Below, one piece after another: positions 13,954 to 26,733 of a DNA stretch of 64,000 nt (position 1 is its first letter; every line of letters begins with the position of its first letter). Origin of the DNA: Lobosporangium transversale (lineage: Eukaryota); the NCBI RefSeq assembly GCF_002105155.1, contig NW_019029002.1, positions 372,001 to 436,000 of the forward strand, given 5' to 3'. The position numbers were made by a program, and so were the translations under genes. The notes beneath the pieces are model-generated. The model saw nothing but the letters and a program-made list of their open reading frames with translations, was not told the DNA's origin and did not search any database.

Positions 13954-13996
13954 GAGGGGCGAGGGCGGAGGCGAGGGCGAGGGTGAGGGCAAGGGC
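13954..13996. repeat. (GAGGGC)-type hexamer array upstream of paralog A
   Basis: gaggggc gagggc ggaggc gagggc gagggt gagggc aagggc, read directly. Confidence 0.8.
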
Positions 13997-14286
13997 AAAC
14001 CCTTGTATTTGGAAAGATCCCCAGTCGATTGTTTTTTACTAAACAACTAAAACAAAATTTTTGCCTAACCAGAAACGGCGAGCACAAATAGATTAACAGT
14101 CTCTTTCCTCAGTGTTATTCAAGTGGGCTATCGTATTTATCAATGCATCCTTCAAATACAGTTATTCACCGGACTATTACTCATGTTTTCATTTCCCAAA
14201 TGAAGGAAGGAAAAAAGCACTTTATATTTGTATATTATAAGTATCAACGGTGCCATGAGTTGGTATTATATAATTCTTCACATCCT

Positions 14287-17200
14287 TCAAGATTGGATCT
14301 TGGCCAGTGGTGCCTTCTTCTTCAGCGCTTTCGTATACTCCCTTGGAATTTCTATTGGACGACTACCGTGCCCATCAAATTTAGTTTTACCAAGTCTAAG
14401 GAAACGTAGTGGAGCTGGATGCTTTTTGGCCTCAGGGATAGTATCCACTAAAGTCTGGAGGTGGTCTAAATCAAAGTTAGAATACCAAAAGCCCAAATCC
14501 TGCGCGGACGTAAAGTCAATAGCCTTGATCAGAGCCTCCCATTGTTGAGACTGCATATGAAGACCAGTCAGCCAAAACACCTCTAGGCTTGTCCATGCTT
14601 TGGACGCCATTGCCTTGGAGGGATCTGAAATAGGAACGGTTCTCTTTATCGACCGTTGTACAAGTGAACGAGATATGGGATCCAGAGCCTCTACTGCTTC
14701 CACTGTGGTATCAAGAGTGTAAATAGCATCACTAGAAGTTGGGGGAGGAGGAGGGGGAGTGACTGATGGGGGCGCTGTTGCCATGGCGACAAGCCAGTCT
14801 GCAATCTCCTGTGAAACTTCTACTTTCTCGTTCGACTTGATATTCAATGTGTCCAGGACAGGCAGCTCACGGCGGGTTGGTACTGTGTTCGCTACGATTG
14901 GCAACCATTCTTCTGCAGAAGACCCTACCAATACAAGCTCATTGATGCGCTTCCCATGCCTAGTCAACAACGTTTGGATCATCTCATGTTGTTCTTTGTT
15001 GTTCATGCTGTATTTTTGGAGAATGAACCTCTTCAGGCTGTGGGACCGCTCCAGAACTCGGTCTAAACTTTCACATGCTGCAGTTGTAAGAGAGTCCGGT
15101 TCCAAATTCATTTTTAGAAGACGGGAACCTCGTTCTTGAGTCACTTGGTCCAGAATTGCTACATGATCATCTGTAAACTCGCCATCTGCTGCCAATCGTT
15201 CGATCGTATGACCGTGTAGTCGTAGTACATGGGTCAAAGGATTAGATTTGTCTGCTTTGGGGAACTTGGCGGTGTTAAGGTCGGTCATCGTATATGCTGT
15301 AGTAGACACTGTTGTCGCCCCATCCTTATATTCCGTATCGTTTATTTCAGGCTTATCCATTGAGAAGTCAATGACAACGAAAGAAACATTATCCATCTGC
15401 AACTCAAGCCTTGCGAGAGAACAAGTGCCGGTTTGAGAAATAGTTTTGTCCCTGGTAGAGGAGATTGCTTCGATCAGCTCTAAAGACCGGCCACCATGGC
15501 AGCTGAGGTGCACTTCGGACAGATTAGGGCTCAACACCATGGCATCGAGCCAAGACTGCTCGTCAAGCTTATCAGTCAACTCTCTTGTCACAAATTTGGT
15601 AACAAGGCCTCGCTTGAGGAACTCTCTTTCGCGTGCGACAATCGCACTGAATGACCTAATGGTTCGCATGGTGGTGCCACGAATCTTGCTTTGGAAGAGC
15701 TTAAATGTGACATCAAAGTCATCCTGTAAAACTTTTAAGCTGTCCAGCGTGGGTACATATTGAAGTTGTGTCATAAGGAAATCGAAGGTAGGGATAAATT
15801 GGGTGGACCAAAGCGTCAGTTTTGCAAGAGCAGGGACGGTCTTGAGGATCCTTGTCACAATTGCAGTAGATTCCTTGTCCATGGGATCTATCTCGCAACT
15901 TAAAGCCAAGTTTCGGACCTGAGGAGCCATAGCAAGGGGAGCTGAGGACACATGTGCATAAAAGTCCTTGAACCCAGTCAGTTTCAAAGACTGGATACGT
16001 CGATTCTGTAAGAGCTGGACGATGGGATCGAAACGGCGCCCTCTGTTGAAGAAATCACGGTTAGGCCCAATAAGCTTGTTGCCGCTGAGAGTGAGATGAA
16101 GGATGTTAGCATTTGAGACCGCTGCAGCCAACTGACGGAGGTCATCAAGAGTTGCATCCCAAGCCAAAGTAATATCTAAGTATTGGATTCCACGTGCCTT
16201 GGTAAGGACATCGTAAAACTCATTAGCTCGGTCTCTATCTCCGATTGCAATTATAATTTCTCCTTTGTCCTCCTTGTACAAGCCTTGGTTGGACGAAATA
16301 GAATCGCGGACCAACTGCATGGCTGATGTCCTGTAGTTCTCGCGATAATGGTCAATACACACCCACTTGACTTTACCCTCTGTCGTCACGATTCTGTACA
16401 AGTTACCAAGGACTCGGCCTTCATCATGAACAGAAAGGAAAGATTCTAGCTGTCGGAGATCTGCTCCCTCTAGCGCCTCTAATTTATCCAAGCTCTGGCC
16501 GCCGTCACCATCCTCTAAATCCATTCCACCATCCGCATTCGTGTATTGGTCATTAATAAAGTTGATTGTGTCATCCACAAGAGAGCCAATGCTGCTGTTG
16601 GTAAGATCAAGGTTCTTTTGAACCACATCCATGCCTTCAACCAACCCTGTATTGGCCAGAGCTGGTACGAGCATTCCAGCTACTGAGAACCCAAACTTGA
16701 TCATCTCCATCATCGTCAGCACATAGGGGCCATACTTCTGGAAGAACTCTGTAGGCCGTTCAATATCATACCCCTCATGCTTTGCTAGATGGATTTCATG
16801 CGAGATCTTGCTCCTCTCTGTCATTGTATGCTTGCCGCATTCACAAAGGAAGAACAACCGGAACTGGTTTGAGAACGGATTCGTTATTGTGTCTCGACGT
16901 CGGGATGCCTTCGGTAAGACGATGAACAGATGTGGGATAGGGTATTCGTGTAGCTCATATGTCTGAGTGAGTACGGCTTGAACACGGTTCTGGATCACCG
17001 CAAGCCGTTCCAGAGCCTCTTCCTGCATGCGAAGAATTTTGGCTTGTTTCTCCTCAAATGACTTCTGCATATGGACCTGTTGATCATAGATTAGCTGTTG
17101 CCATTTCCGTCCCTCCTCCTCTCCCTTGATCAAAAGCTCTTTGGCATCTTTTTGTTTTGCATAGACTCGTTCCTGAAGCTCGCGGCTCTTTTGAACCTCA

Positions 17201-17878
17201 AACTGAAGACGATCATAGTAATATCGCACCGATCGCATGAGATCCTCAGCATGTTGCATTTGTCCTGACATAATAGCTTGGATATCAGAACCCTGTAGCT
17301 GCTGTTGCTGAGAATCAAATTTCACAAGAGAAGTCACATCATTATTCTGAGACAGATGTACAGCCGTTGATACTTTTTCTACATCTGGAGCGCCCTGTAT
17401 ACTCTGGTTAAATGACGCTTTGTTAGAAATAATAGGGCTATGACTCAAGTTGGATGCATCTTCCGACGAAATGATGTCAAGTACTTGGCCTGGGTAATAG
17501 GGAATTCGCTTCGGAATGAGGCTTATAAAGTCGAGGACGTCAAAAAAAAAAAAAAAAAAAAAAAAGAGTCAGAAACAATTCTCTTTCCTTCATAGTTGAA
17601 ATTATTCATTAAAAGTTTGCTATTTAACCTTACTATTCAAACTCACTGTCTGTGAGGAACAAGACAGCACGATCGCCATTGACACGATTGACAACACAGC
17701 ACTCTGCATTGGGAAACTGGTCCAAGATGTCACTCCAGAAAATGACTCGTTGATTGGAGATAGGATCGAGACGAGTGGGAATGAGCTGAATATTTTCCTG
17801 TGATGATGGCGAGAACTCTTCAGATGAGTAAGCGCGGAAGGCCTGTGAGTGCTCGCCAAGTGTATCGATATAGGCCAT
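14287..17878 (-). CDS. Lineage-specific header / coiled-coil / Cys-His conserved domain / LRR(RNI)-like protein, paralog B; exon 1 17878-17634, exon 2 17521-14287
   Basis: MAYIDTLGEHSQAFRA...IPTRLDP..QRVIFWSDI...FLTDSEFE, then a GTAAGG...TAAG intron, then YLIPKRIPYYPGQVLDII continuing into the 1053-aa ORF. Same intron position and phase as paralog A. Confidence 0.85.
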
Positions 17879-19273
17879 TTGGTAAAGAAGCTCCTTGTGT
17901 AGGGTCGCTTTTTTTCGGTCGATATGTGTTTTTGATTTTTTAAGAGAAGAGGTGTGAGAATGTCGGCTGTGTAAAGAGGGAAAATAATAAAGGGCGAGAT
18001 GCAATTTATGACGAGGGCGAGGGGGGCGAATGCATTTTTTTTTTGTGTGTGTGTGTTTGTTTTTGTGTCACTATTGAGATGTTAACGGCATGGCACACAA
18101 ACCTTTCTTCTAATTACTGGAGCTACTCAGGTGTGAAACAAGTCTATCATAGCTGCATCTCAATATTTGTACTCTACTTCAGTAGGCCATACCTTCCAGA
18201 CACCGAACACAGAGCATTAAAAACTTCCTGATCTCCAGGCTACGTCACGGCATTGTCTTATCCTTCTTGTCATCGGCTTCGCTTCTGTTTTAATTTTATT
18301 TATTTATTTATTTTTTTGCCTTGCTACTTTCTCCGGTGTCCTAGCCGAAAGCCAAACATTCAACTAGATTTCATTCGATCCATGTCAAGCCTTTTATTAT
18401 ATAGGTTCAATAGTTTCAAAGATGAAAAAGCAGTTAATTTTAGGGTGTCTTCCTAACTGAATATCAAAATGCGTGTCCGCTTAAAGTATATGCTTTCAAC
18501 GGTTGGAACATACAGGTCGACTCTACTTCTGTTCGGAAAGAATCAAAGGAGCATCAAACATAGGTTTGGTTCTAACTTCTCTGCCCTATAATATGTAAAT
18601 TGAGCTCGGTAGGGATATGCGTCCGAGGCAGAAAGTGTCAAGCTTAAGTAGATAAATTTCGTTGAAATGGTATCGAGAAACTACAGGAGTACCAAATGTT
18701 GCCACACATCGAAAAATGAATACCTGTTGCTATGCTCGCCTTGAATGCTTTCAACTTCGAGTCTCTTTTGAACAATATCTTAGATCATTGATGGAACCTA
18801 CTCGTCTGTGAATAAATGTTTCACTCTCGATGCTTAGTAAACAAGCCAAGCAGACAAAAAAGACGACCATGGGTGCTTGTTATTTAAATCAGAAGGAGCA
18901 GCCATGCTTCGATTTTATTCGATATAGTATCATTATGAGAGCGCTTCAAAGAGTCAGTAGCCATGATGACATTTAGTGCCTTATCTGGATGGATCGCCTT
19001 CGTGCGAAATTGTTACAAGCCGAAGGGATAGGTCATAGGAATTAAGCAAATAGATGAAAGTTTCCACTCCTTTGTCTGCCTCTCTGGCGACTGTCTATTT
19101 ATCAATCCTTTCTGTTAGTGTAGTATTTAGTCAGCCAGGATAGGTTGTCAAGATCGAAGTGTATACTGCTTTATTTTCCTTTCTACAACGAAAGATCAAT
19201 TATCATAGCTCCTCTCACTTCCAAGCTGCAACTAAGCTTTTGGTACAGACTTAGCGTCCAACGCCACTAAACT

Positions 19274-22200
19274 CTAGCTACCATCAGTGTTGTCAGTAAA
19301 AGTTTCCCGTACCTTAAATACAAGTGTCGTTTCCGATAACTGTTTGTCCCCATCAGTATTACTGTTTCTCTCGTGAGCTCTCCTCAAATTACTTTGATGG
19401 CTACTGCCACCATCACTCTCCTGTATGAGAATTAGGGTAGGGGCGACTTTTAAAGGAGTCGGGTGTACGGGTGATGCTTCAAACCTCTGTCCTTGGCCAA
19501 CAGTTTTTTCGTCGTTCAATTTTGACTGGATTAATGCCATTCGGGTCAATGACAAGCTATCGGGCCTCAGGAACGATTCCTCACTAATCGCTCGCCTCAC
19601 TACATGCTTCATTTTCCCTTGATTATTCGCCACCATATTATTCTTCATAACTGCCGCTGTTAACTTTAAGTCAGAGCTAAACGTATCGTTATCCACTGCG
19701 GTTGTATTAGTGTTCGAAGATGCGGACGATGAGGTGGATGTGGTTATTGTCCTGGAGGCTAAAATCGGGTCAAACTCTGTCAACATACTCCTACTCATGC
19801 TCATACCCCTTTGGGGATAGTCCTCATTTATTAAATGCTCCGCGGTTGAAGACACTTTTGGAGCTGTAGGCGCTGATGTGAATGCGTAGACGGACATGCT
19901 TTCGGATGGACTGATCACTTCAGAAGAGGGGCTGAAAGTTTCAGAGTGTGGTTGTTGCCGATGTATTAAATCATGACTCGATGTCGTGGAAGCAGGTTTG
20001 GAGTTCATGTAATCGGCCCTGGGGCCAGCCGACGGTGGAGGTATAAACTCGCTTACATAAAAAGAAGCTGAAGCAGGTGTTAATTCAAGAGCAAGTGGTG
20101 ATCCCAATGAACTTTTTGAGTCGATTAGCCTTGTTGAAGTGGGTGTGTAGGTTAAAGGTGATTCTGAGAAACTACATACTGGAGTCTCTAAGAGCTCATT
20201 ATCATTGTCAGTAATGCTGTAACTGCTGGAATGGTCGCCAATAGTTAGCCTTGGAGGGGAATGCATAACAAGGGAGGGGGATGACAGTATTGTAGCGGAG
20301 CTTTCTATCACGTCTAGCAACTGTCCTGACTCTTCCATCTCAAGAATCTCTATACTCGCCTTACAGTCTGAAGCCGAAAAAGGGGGCCTCCCAGTGAGCA
20401 TATCCCTTGATGAAACTGTTCGAAGTGATTGTGAGAATATGCTACTTTGAGATGATGTTGATGGCGTTGATGTCGGTAGCACGGCGGCAACAGTACTGCA
20501 TAGATAACTGTGCGAATTAGAATTTCCTGTACTTGATTGTAATGGGACGGAGGGTATAGACTTATTTGAGGTGTCCACAGGCGAAGGCGAGGAAGGAGTT
20601 GCCGAAGCTAATGGTGAAGGCAAATACTGGCGATTGTAAGCAGGAGAGTTCGAATAGTTGGCAACCTCGGTTGCAGTGGGAAGTGAGGTGTTGATATGAA
20701 CAGGAGCCTTAGAACCAAATCTAAAGACACCCTTGGCCTTGGTTGGCTCCCCGACTTTAGCAACTGGGGTACTTTCAGCAGACTGATGACCTTGTTGGTT
20801 ACAAAGTTCTGGACTGAATTCCAATGGGCGTGAATGCTGATGGAACTGGTACTGATGATGATAGTGTCTCTGGCAGCAGTTAAAGTATTGGCAAGGCTGC
20901 CGATAGCGCTGCTGATCGTGATATGTACAGTAAGGATGATGCTGCATATACTGATCCGCTTGGGTTCGGTATGTATGAGAGCTACTCCAGGTTTCAATGG
21001 GCGCCAAGGAAGTACTCAAATTTGAGGGCTTGGGCCTTACAAAAGTCGTAAGTCCAGGAGTAGAACTATCGTTAGAACTTGCTCTTCGCTTGACCAAGGT
21101 CGCCAAAAAGTTGTGGGCCCGACCCTTCATGGATGAATAGGACGGTGTTACGTTCACTGTCGCTACATTAATAGTCGTGTGAGGCATTGATACTGGGCAT
21201 GGTGGACTATAATGGTTCGGGATTTCACTCGGCAGATGACTTTCGTTAAAAGTACCATTAGGCGAATTGCAATGAGTCGAAGTAATGCCACTCATTGTTA
21301 CTGCCGAGCGTTTAGTGGTTGGGGTTTGAACCCCTTCCTGAGCTGGCGCTAATAATAAGTTTAATTCCGATTTCGACTTGCCTTGAACATTAGCTGTCAA
21401 TACTTCAACGGTTTCACCCGGGTCTATTGCAAAAGACAGTATACAGCAAATAAAACCATTATATCAAAAACTGGAGCTTTGTACATGGGTCTCAAAGAGA
21501 TTTACAGATAAAGTACTGGTATATGTTAACTTACTGATACACGTATTTCCTATTCCCTCGCATTCCGTTTCTACTGTTACTGCGCGCCCTTTCAAGGCTG
21601 GATGGCCCCATGGATGAGAGACACGCCTCAAATCTGAAACACTGCTCCTTTTGATCACGAATCGCGCTTCCGTGGGCGAGGATGTTTCAGAGCGAGAATA
21701 TGTAGGTAGATTAAGTACCTCATCGTTGATATGGTGTCGCATCAAGATGTTAATTTTAGTAGGATAAGGGGTTGGGACTTTCTCTCTTTCGGAGCATGTC
21801 ATTTCACGTGTGCTACTGTCGCAGTGGCTGCATATAATACTATTACAAGAGCTTGTACGACAGTGACAGTAAGTTTGGACATGTGCAAGTGCAGCGGGAG
21901 TGGACTGACTGGGATGATGACTAGAAGTTGATAAATATGTGGTCTCTTTTTCGACGACAGTTATTGGAGTTAGTGCTGTGCTGGAGATCAAATGAGAGGA
22001 AGGTGGTGCTGATGATGAAATCACTTTCTCTAAGTGCTCCAATCCCTCTAAAGCATGCTCCTGAAGCTGATACCTGGTTAGTTGGCTGCGAATGCGGGGT
22101 GGATCAGACCTTGACGCTTGTGCAGACCTGGAGTGCCCTTTACTCTCATCAAGTATGATCCCTGGAGGGAAACTCGCCTCAGGTGCCTTGCTTACATTAG

Positions 22201-25200
22201 TATTCGGATGTCCTCTCCGAGATTTGAATATAGAAGCTCCTGGGCCCTGATTACCTACAAAATGTGGATGTTCCTGGCTCGCATCATTCAAGCATATGGC
22301 ATGAGCGCCTGGCGAGACATCTCTGCAACAAGGGGATATGCTTTTTTGGTAAGGTCCTGAGCGATGTCCACTGTGAGCTGCATGACTTTGTGGAACATAC
22401 AGACAGCTGCACGGATGATGCAGTGGGCCATGGAAATTATCTGTTACTGCTGCATCCACACGAGTCGAAATGGGTTGCGGTGGGATTGGTGCTGGATTCG
22501 GTTCGATCGACGGTGAGCTTGAAGACGTAATTGGTGGTACTATTGGATGGTTCAGTGTTGCTGCAGCTGTCTGTGTCGTTGTCCTTTGCTGCTTGGCTTG
22601 CTTCTTGTCAGAATCCTTATCCTTAGTTAAGCAATTTGCTTTTGCCACTAAATCTTCTAACATGCCTGATCGAGCTCGTTGATGAGGCTTGGTTAGTCGA
22701 GGAGCTTTATAGGCCGCATTTTCGCCATTAATCATCTTGCACAATAAGTAAGCTCTTAATTCTTGAGATGTTTTGAAGATGGGTGGATCTGGAAGCGGCG
22801 GTCCAAATTCTGGCACTTGTTCGTCAGAAGCAATTGCCACACTGTATCCTATAGTCCCATCTGGCAACGCAACTGGGTGGATAACGACGAATATATGAAG
22901 AAATTGCGATTTGATAGCACTGGGTATAAAGGGCTGTTCTCCATCTACGAATATTATGCATACAATATCGTTTCCGATATGTCGCTTGCGTTGGATCTGT
23001 TGACGATCGCCGTTTTTAAAAGGGAGGAGGGTCGATATATGGTACATGACCTCAAAGCCGTCGCCCCAGGTATCGTAATACGAATAACTTCCATTATCAC
23101 CTAATTGCTCGGGTGAAAAAGGAGATAGAAAAGACAATGTAAGGATCATATACCACTGCCTCATTATCGCCATCAAGCTTGATTAGTAAGAAACGAGCTG
23201 ATTAATAAAGCGCGAATGCTTTCAGGCCGAGACCTAAGAGGATACTTACTGCGTGTATCCAATCCAGCCGAGAACCCTTCAAAACCCTTGAGAAGCACTT
23301 TACTACCAAGAGCGCCACTTTGCAAAAATCCTTGAAACCTCTTGCTGGATCCCATCTGATTACTAAACCACTCTTCTTCTTTGGTCTGTCCAGGGCGGAC
23401 CAAGAGGACCCCAAACTTGTAATGGAACCGTAGCATGGTCTCATCGAATTTGGCAAGCTCTTTTTCGAATTCTGGGTTTGTTTGGACTTTCTTCAACTTG
23501 GAAGCCACCTGCTGTGTGATTGCTGGATGAATAGATTGAAGAATTGTTTTCCATTGGGGCTTGCCCACGCGTCGAGCCAAATTATTCAGAGGGCCTGGTT
23601 CAGGTTCCGGGAGCGTGATTCGAAGGCTGTCAACGTCCTTCTGTCGAAGAATACAACGGTACTGCCAACGTGGAGGACCGTTGTAGCTGCTGGTATTAGC
23701 AGCGACACTGTTAAATGCAGTCCCGCTGCTGTTGCTGCTAATTGAAGTATTGATATTCAACTGAGGATGCGTAGGGACTAGTCCTCCTGAGGATAAGCTT
23801 GAGTCCGCTTGGAGGCTACTGTTGATATGAGGGTTAGACCCGCTGCGCACATTCAACCCATTGGAGTTCAATTTGTTATCTCCAGAGCTATTTTTCATTT
23901 TATTTTATTTTTTTAAAAATAATATAAAAAGGTTAGGCTTTTTCATAATACGTGACTAGACATGGCTTTCGGCATTAATTTTTAGCTTGCTGACCTTTCC
24001 TTCCCGTTAGTAGTAGATTTGGACGAGGAATGAATCATTTTTATGGCTTCAGAGCTCGCCCGTGAGTTCGTTATTAACTTCCCCCCACCTGGCCCATTGT
24101 CTCCTAAATATTGTCCGGATCCTCGCGCAGGGTAGAGACTATGGATAGAGCGAATAAGTTCAGGCCTTGTGACATGACCGCGACCAGGGCTACCATGACT
24201 GGCATTTGCTCCCCAGGTGGACCCGATGGACGAGCCTGACACAGGCGATATGAATGGTGCTAACAAAGTATTTGGCCGTCCAATATTTAGAGCTCGCATT
24301 TCGGTTGGGGTAACCAAGTCCTTGATGATCGATATAATCACAGCCCCAAGCCCATCGACTTGTCCCACGAACGTACAGTGCTCTATTAGTTCAACCAAGA
24401 AGGAAAGAGGAAAAAAGTGTGAGAAGTAAATTCGGCCGCTGTTTCAACTGATAGACCTCGACAGCTTTTTATGAACTACCTCTGCCAAGGAACCAGTCTC
24501 GATAGTAATATGCTTCATGGCCCATATGATCCTTTGAACAGTCTCTAATGATTGAAAAGCCTGGCGCTGGCGGTGATGCAGAAGGCGGTACTTGAACAGC
24601 GCTATCTGGGCTTGCTCCTGTACCAACCATGGGAGCACTCCACGGATGTCTCCTACCAAGGGTTGGATTCCGCATGGCCAGTGTACCTACTTGTCTTACT
24701 CCTACGTTGCTACTCCCTCCTCGTATCTGAAGAGTTTCTAATACATCTTCGGCTTCGGACAGGTCCTTGACGCGATCAATTTGTCGGTTTTCATGATAGC
24801 TATTATGTAGAGAATCGGTCGAAGGATTTTTGAGTGCTATCAATTTCTCTCTCTGACTTTCAAATTGAGGAATTCCTTGCTCTTCTGTAAGGCTGTCTCC
24901 GTTAGTTTCACTGAACTCAGCTACTAAACTGCTTCTAGTATCTGTGACATTGCTTGTGCCCTGCACAACAGTAGCTCTGCTCAAGAGCGAGAACTGTAAT
25001 GAGCTTGAGGGTTTCGTAACGAAGGGCAATGGGAGCGACTTTGGAGGGGGAAGGTCAGGCCGTAGTACTCTCTCAATTTTTTTTAAATCATTACAACCTT
25101 CAATCCTATACCCCGCGATCGGAACAATCAACATCTTCATTTCATGAAAAGCAAAAGGTTGCAGCGTCAGTGGTAATGATTGCTGTCCATTTCTTATGCT

Positions 25201-25367
25201 ATAGAATAAAGAAATGGTAATAATAATAAAAGTAGCAACCCACAGCAGCGTATCTGTCTTACCCGATTGTAGATACGCATATGCTCTGCTACAGAGTTCT
25301 CAGCTGCTAATAAAACAGCATTGATCTAATAATAAAAGAAGTCATTTGTTTTAGAAAACGCGGCAAG

Positions 25368-25399
<32 letters not shown>

Positions 25400-26695
25400 T
25401 GAAAAGTTACTCACATAACTCTTTAATGTTTGTTGGCGTCCCTTTTCCGTCACCGCTTCAGGTGGAAGACAAGTATCTTCGGAACTAAGGGGAGGCAGTG
25501 GCTGATAACGGTACTGATGCTTATACTTGTGCTGATGCTGGCGTTGATTCTGTTCCTTGCGGACCATCTGGGCATGACCATTCGATAATTCTTCATACAC
25601 GATCCCCCTGTCTGTATACTCTTGCGATTTATCATCATTCACTTCTGGCATTGCACTTGACGGGTTAGCTGTGGAAGCTAGCTTTACTGTATCCGTAAAT
25701 ACATCAGCTTGGGGGCTGCCACTATACTCTTTATCAGATCCTTTGGTCATTGACTGGTGCTGTGTAAGATGCCCCCCAATCATTTCCTCTCGGGATTTAT
25801 CCAACTTCTTTTGACGGCGAGCTGACTCTGCACGAAATACCTCCTGCGCTAGGAAACACATGTCGTTTAGCTCACTCGCAAGCTTTGAGAACTGATCCGC
25901 GGAAATGTGCTTGCTCATGACGTCAGCCATCCTTGACATGGTATGGTCCACCTCATCAAAAAGCGCTGAGACCCTATCCACTACATTTACTCCAAGAACA
26001 ACAGAGTCTCTATCGTCATCAATATCGCTACTGCCCTGTGATGCTTCCATCTCCGGCTTTGCTTCTCTTGCTTTCTCATCAGCTATTTTGATTAATGATG
26101 TCGTCTTTGATATGGAAGTTGGGGTTGGTGTTGACGAGAGCTTCATGGAAGATGTTCGACCGAAGCTTGTCTCTGGTAGGGCGTATTCCTTTAGAAAGCT
26201 AGCGCCCTGAACGCAGGTTAAACTGCCTCGTTGGGCTTCCGGATACGTCGTTGGATGAGCTGATTCATGGACCATTTTCGTCCTTGGTATTGCTGCTGGC
26301 TCCGATAAGATCTTTACAATCGACGAACTCGTTTCAATAGAGCTAGATGAATCAAAAGGACAAACAGCTGGAAATGAGGCCACTATGGCTACAGGCGCCT
26401 CGCCATCTGGGCTCGTGGCTGCTCCATTTGTGCTAACTGCTGCTGAAGTTGATATATTACAGGCTTTAGTCGCTTTTAGCTCTTGCCCTGCATCTTCTGC
26501 CTCCGAGCTGTTGTGGTTGCTATCGACTGTCATGGATTCTGAAGCCGCATCAAGGTACTTCATAATAAGAGCACACTTTGACTTGAGCTCCTTCAAAAGC
26601 TCACGTAAAGTCGCAGATGAGTCTGTTGGTGGGCCTTTCCTCCTTCTAATGTTGCTGCACCATGGGTTTTCCGGAAACTTTTTTATTTTTATTTT

Positions 26696-26733
<38 letters not shown>

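Noticed and set aside
18200..19270. Possible pseudogene remnant between paralog B and the RapGAP 3' end
   Set aside because: No frame yields recognisable motifs, so it cannot be supported by eye.
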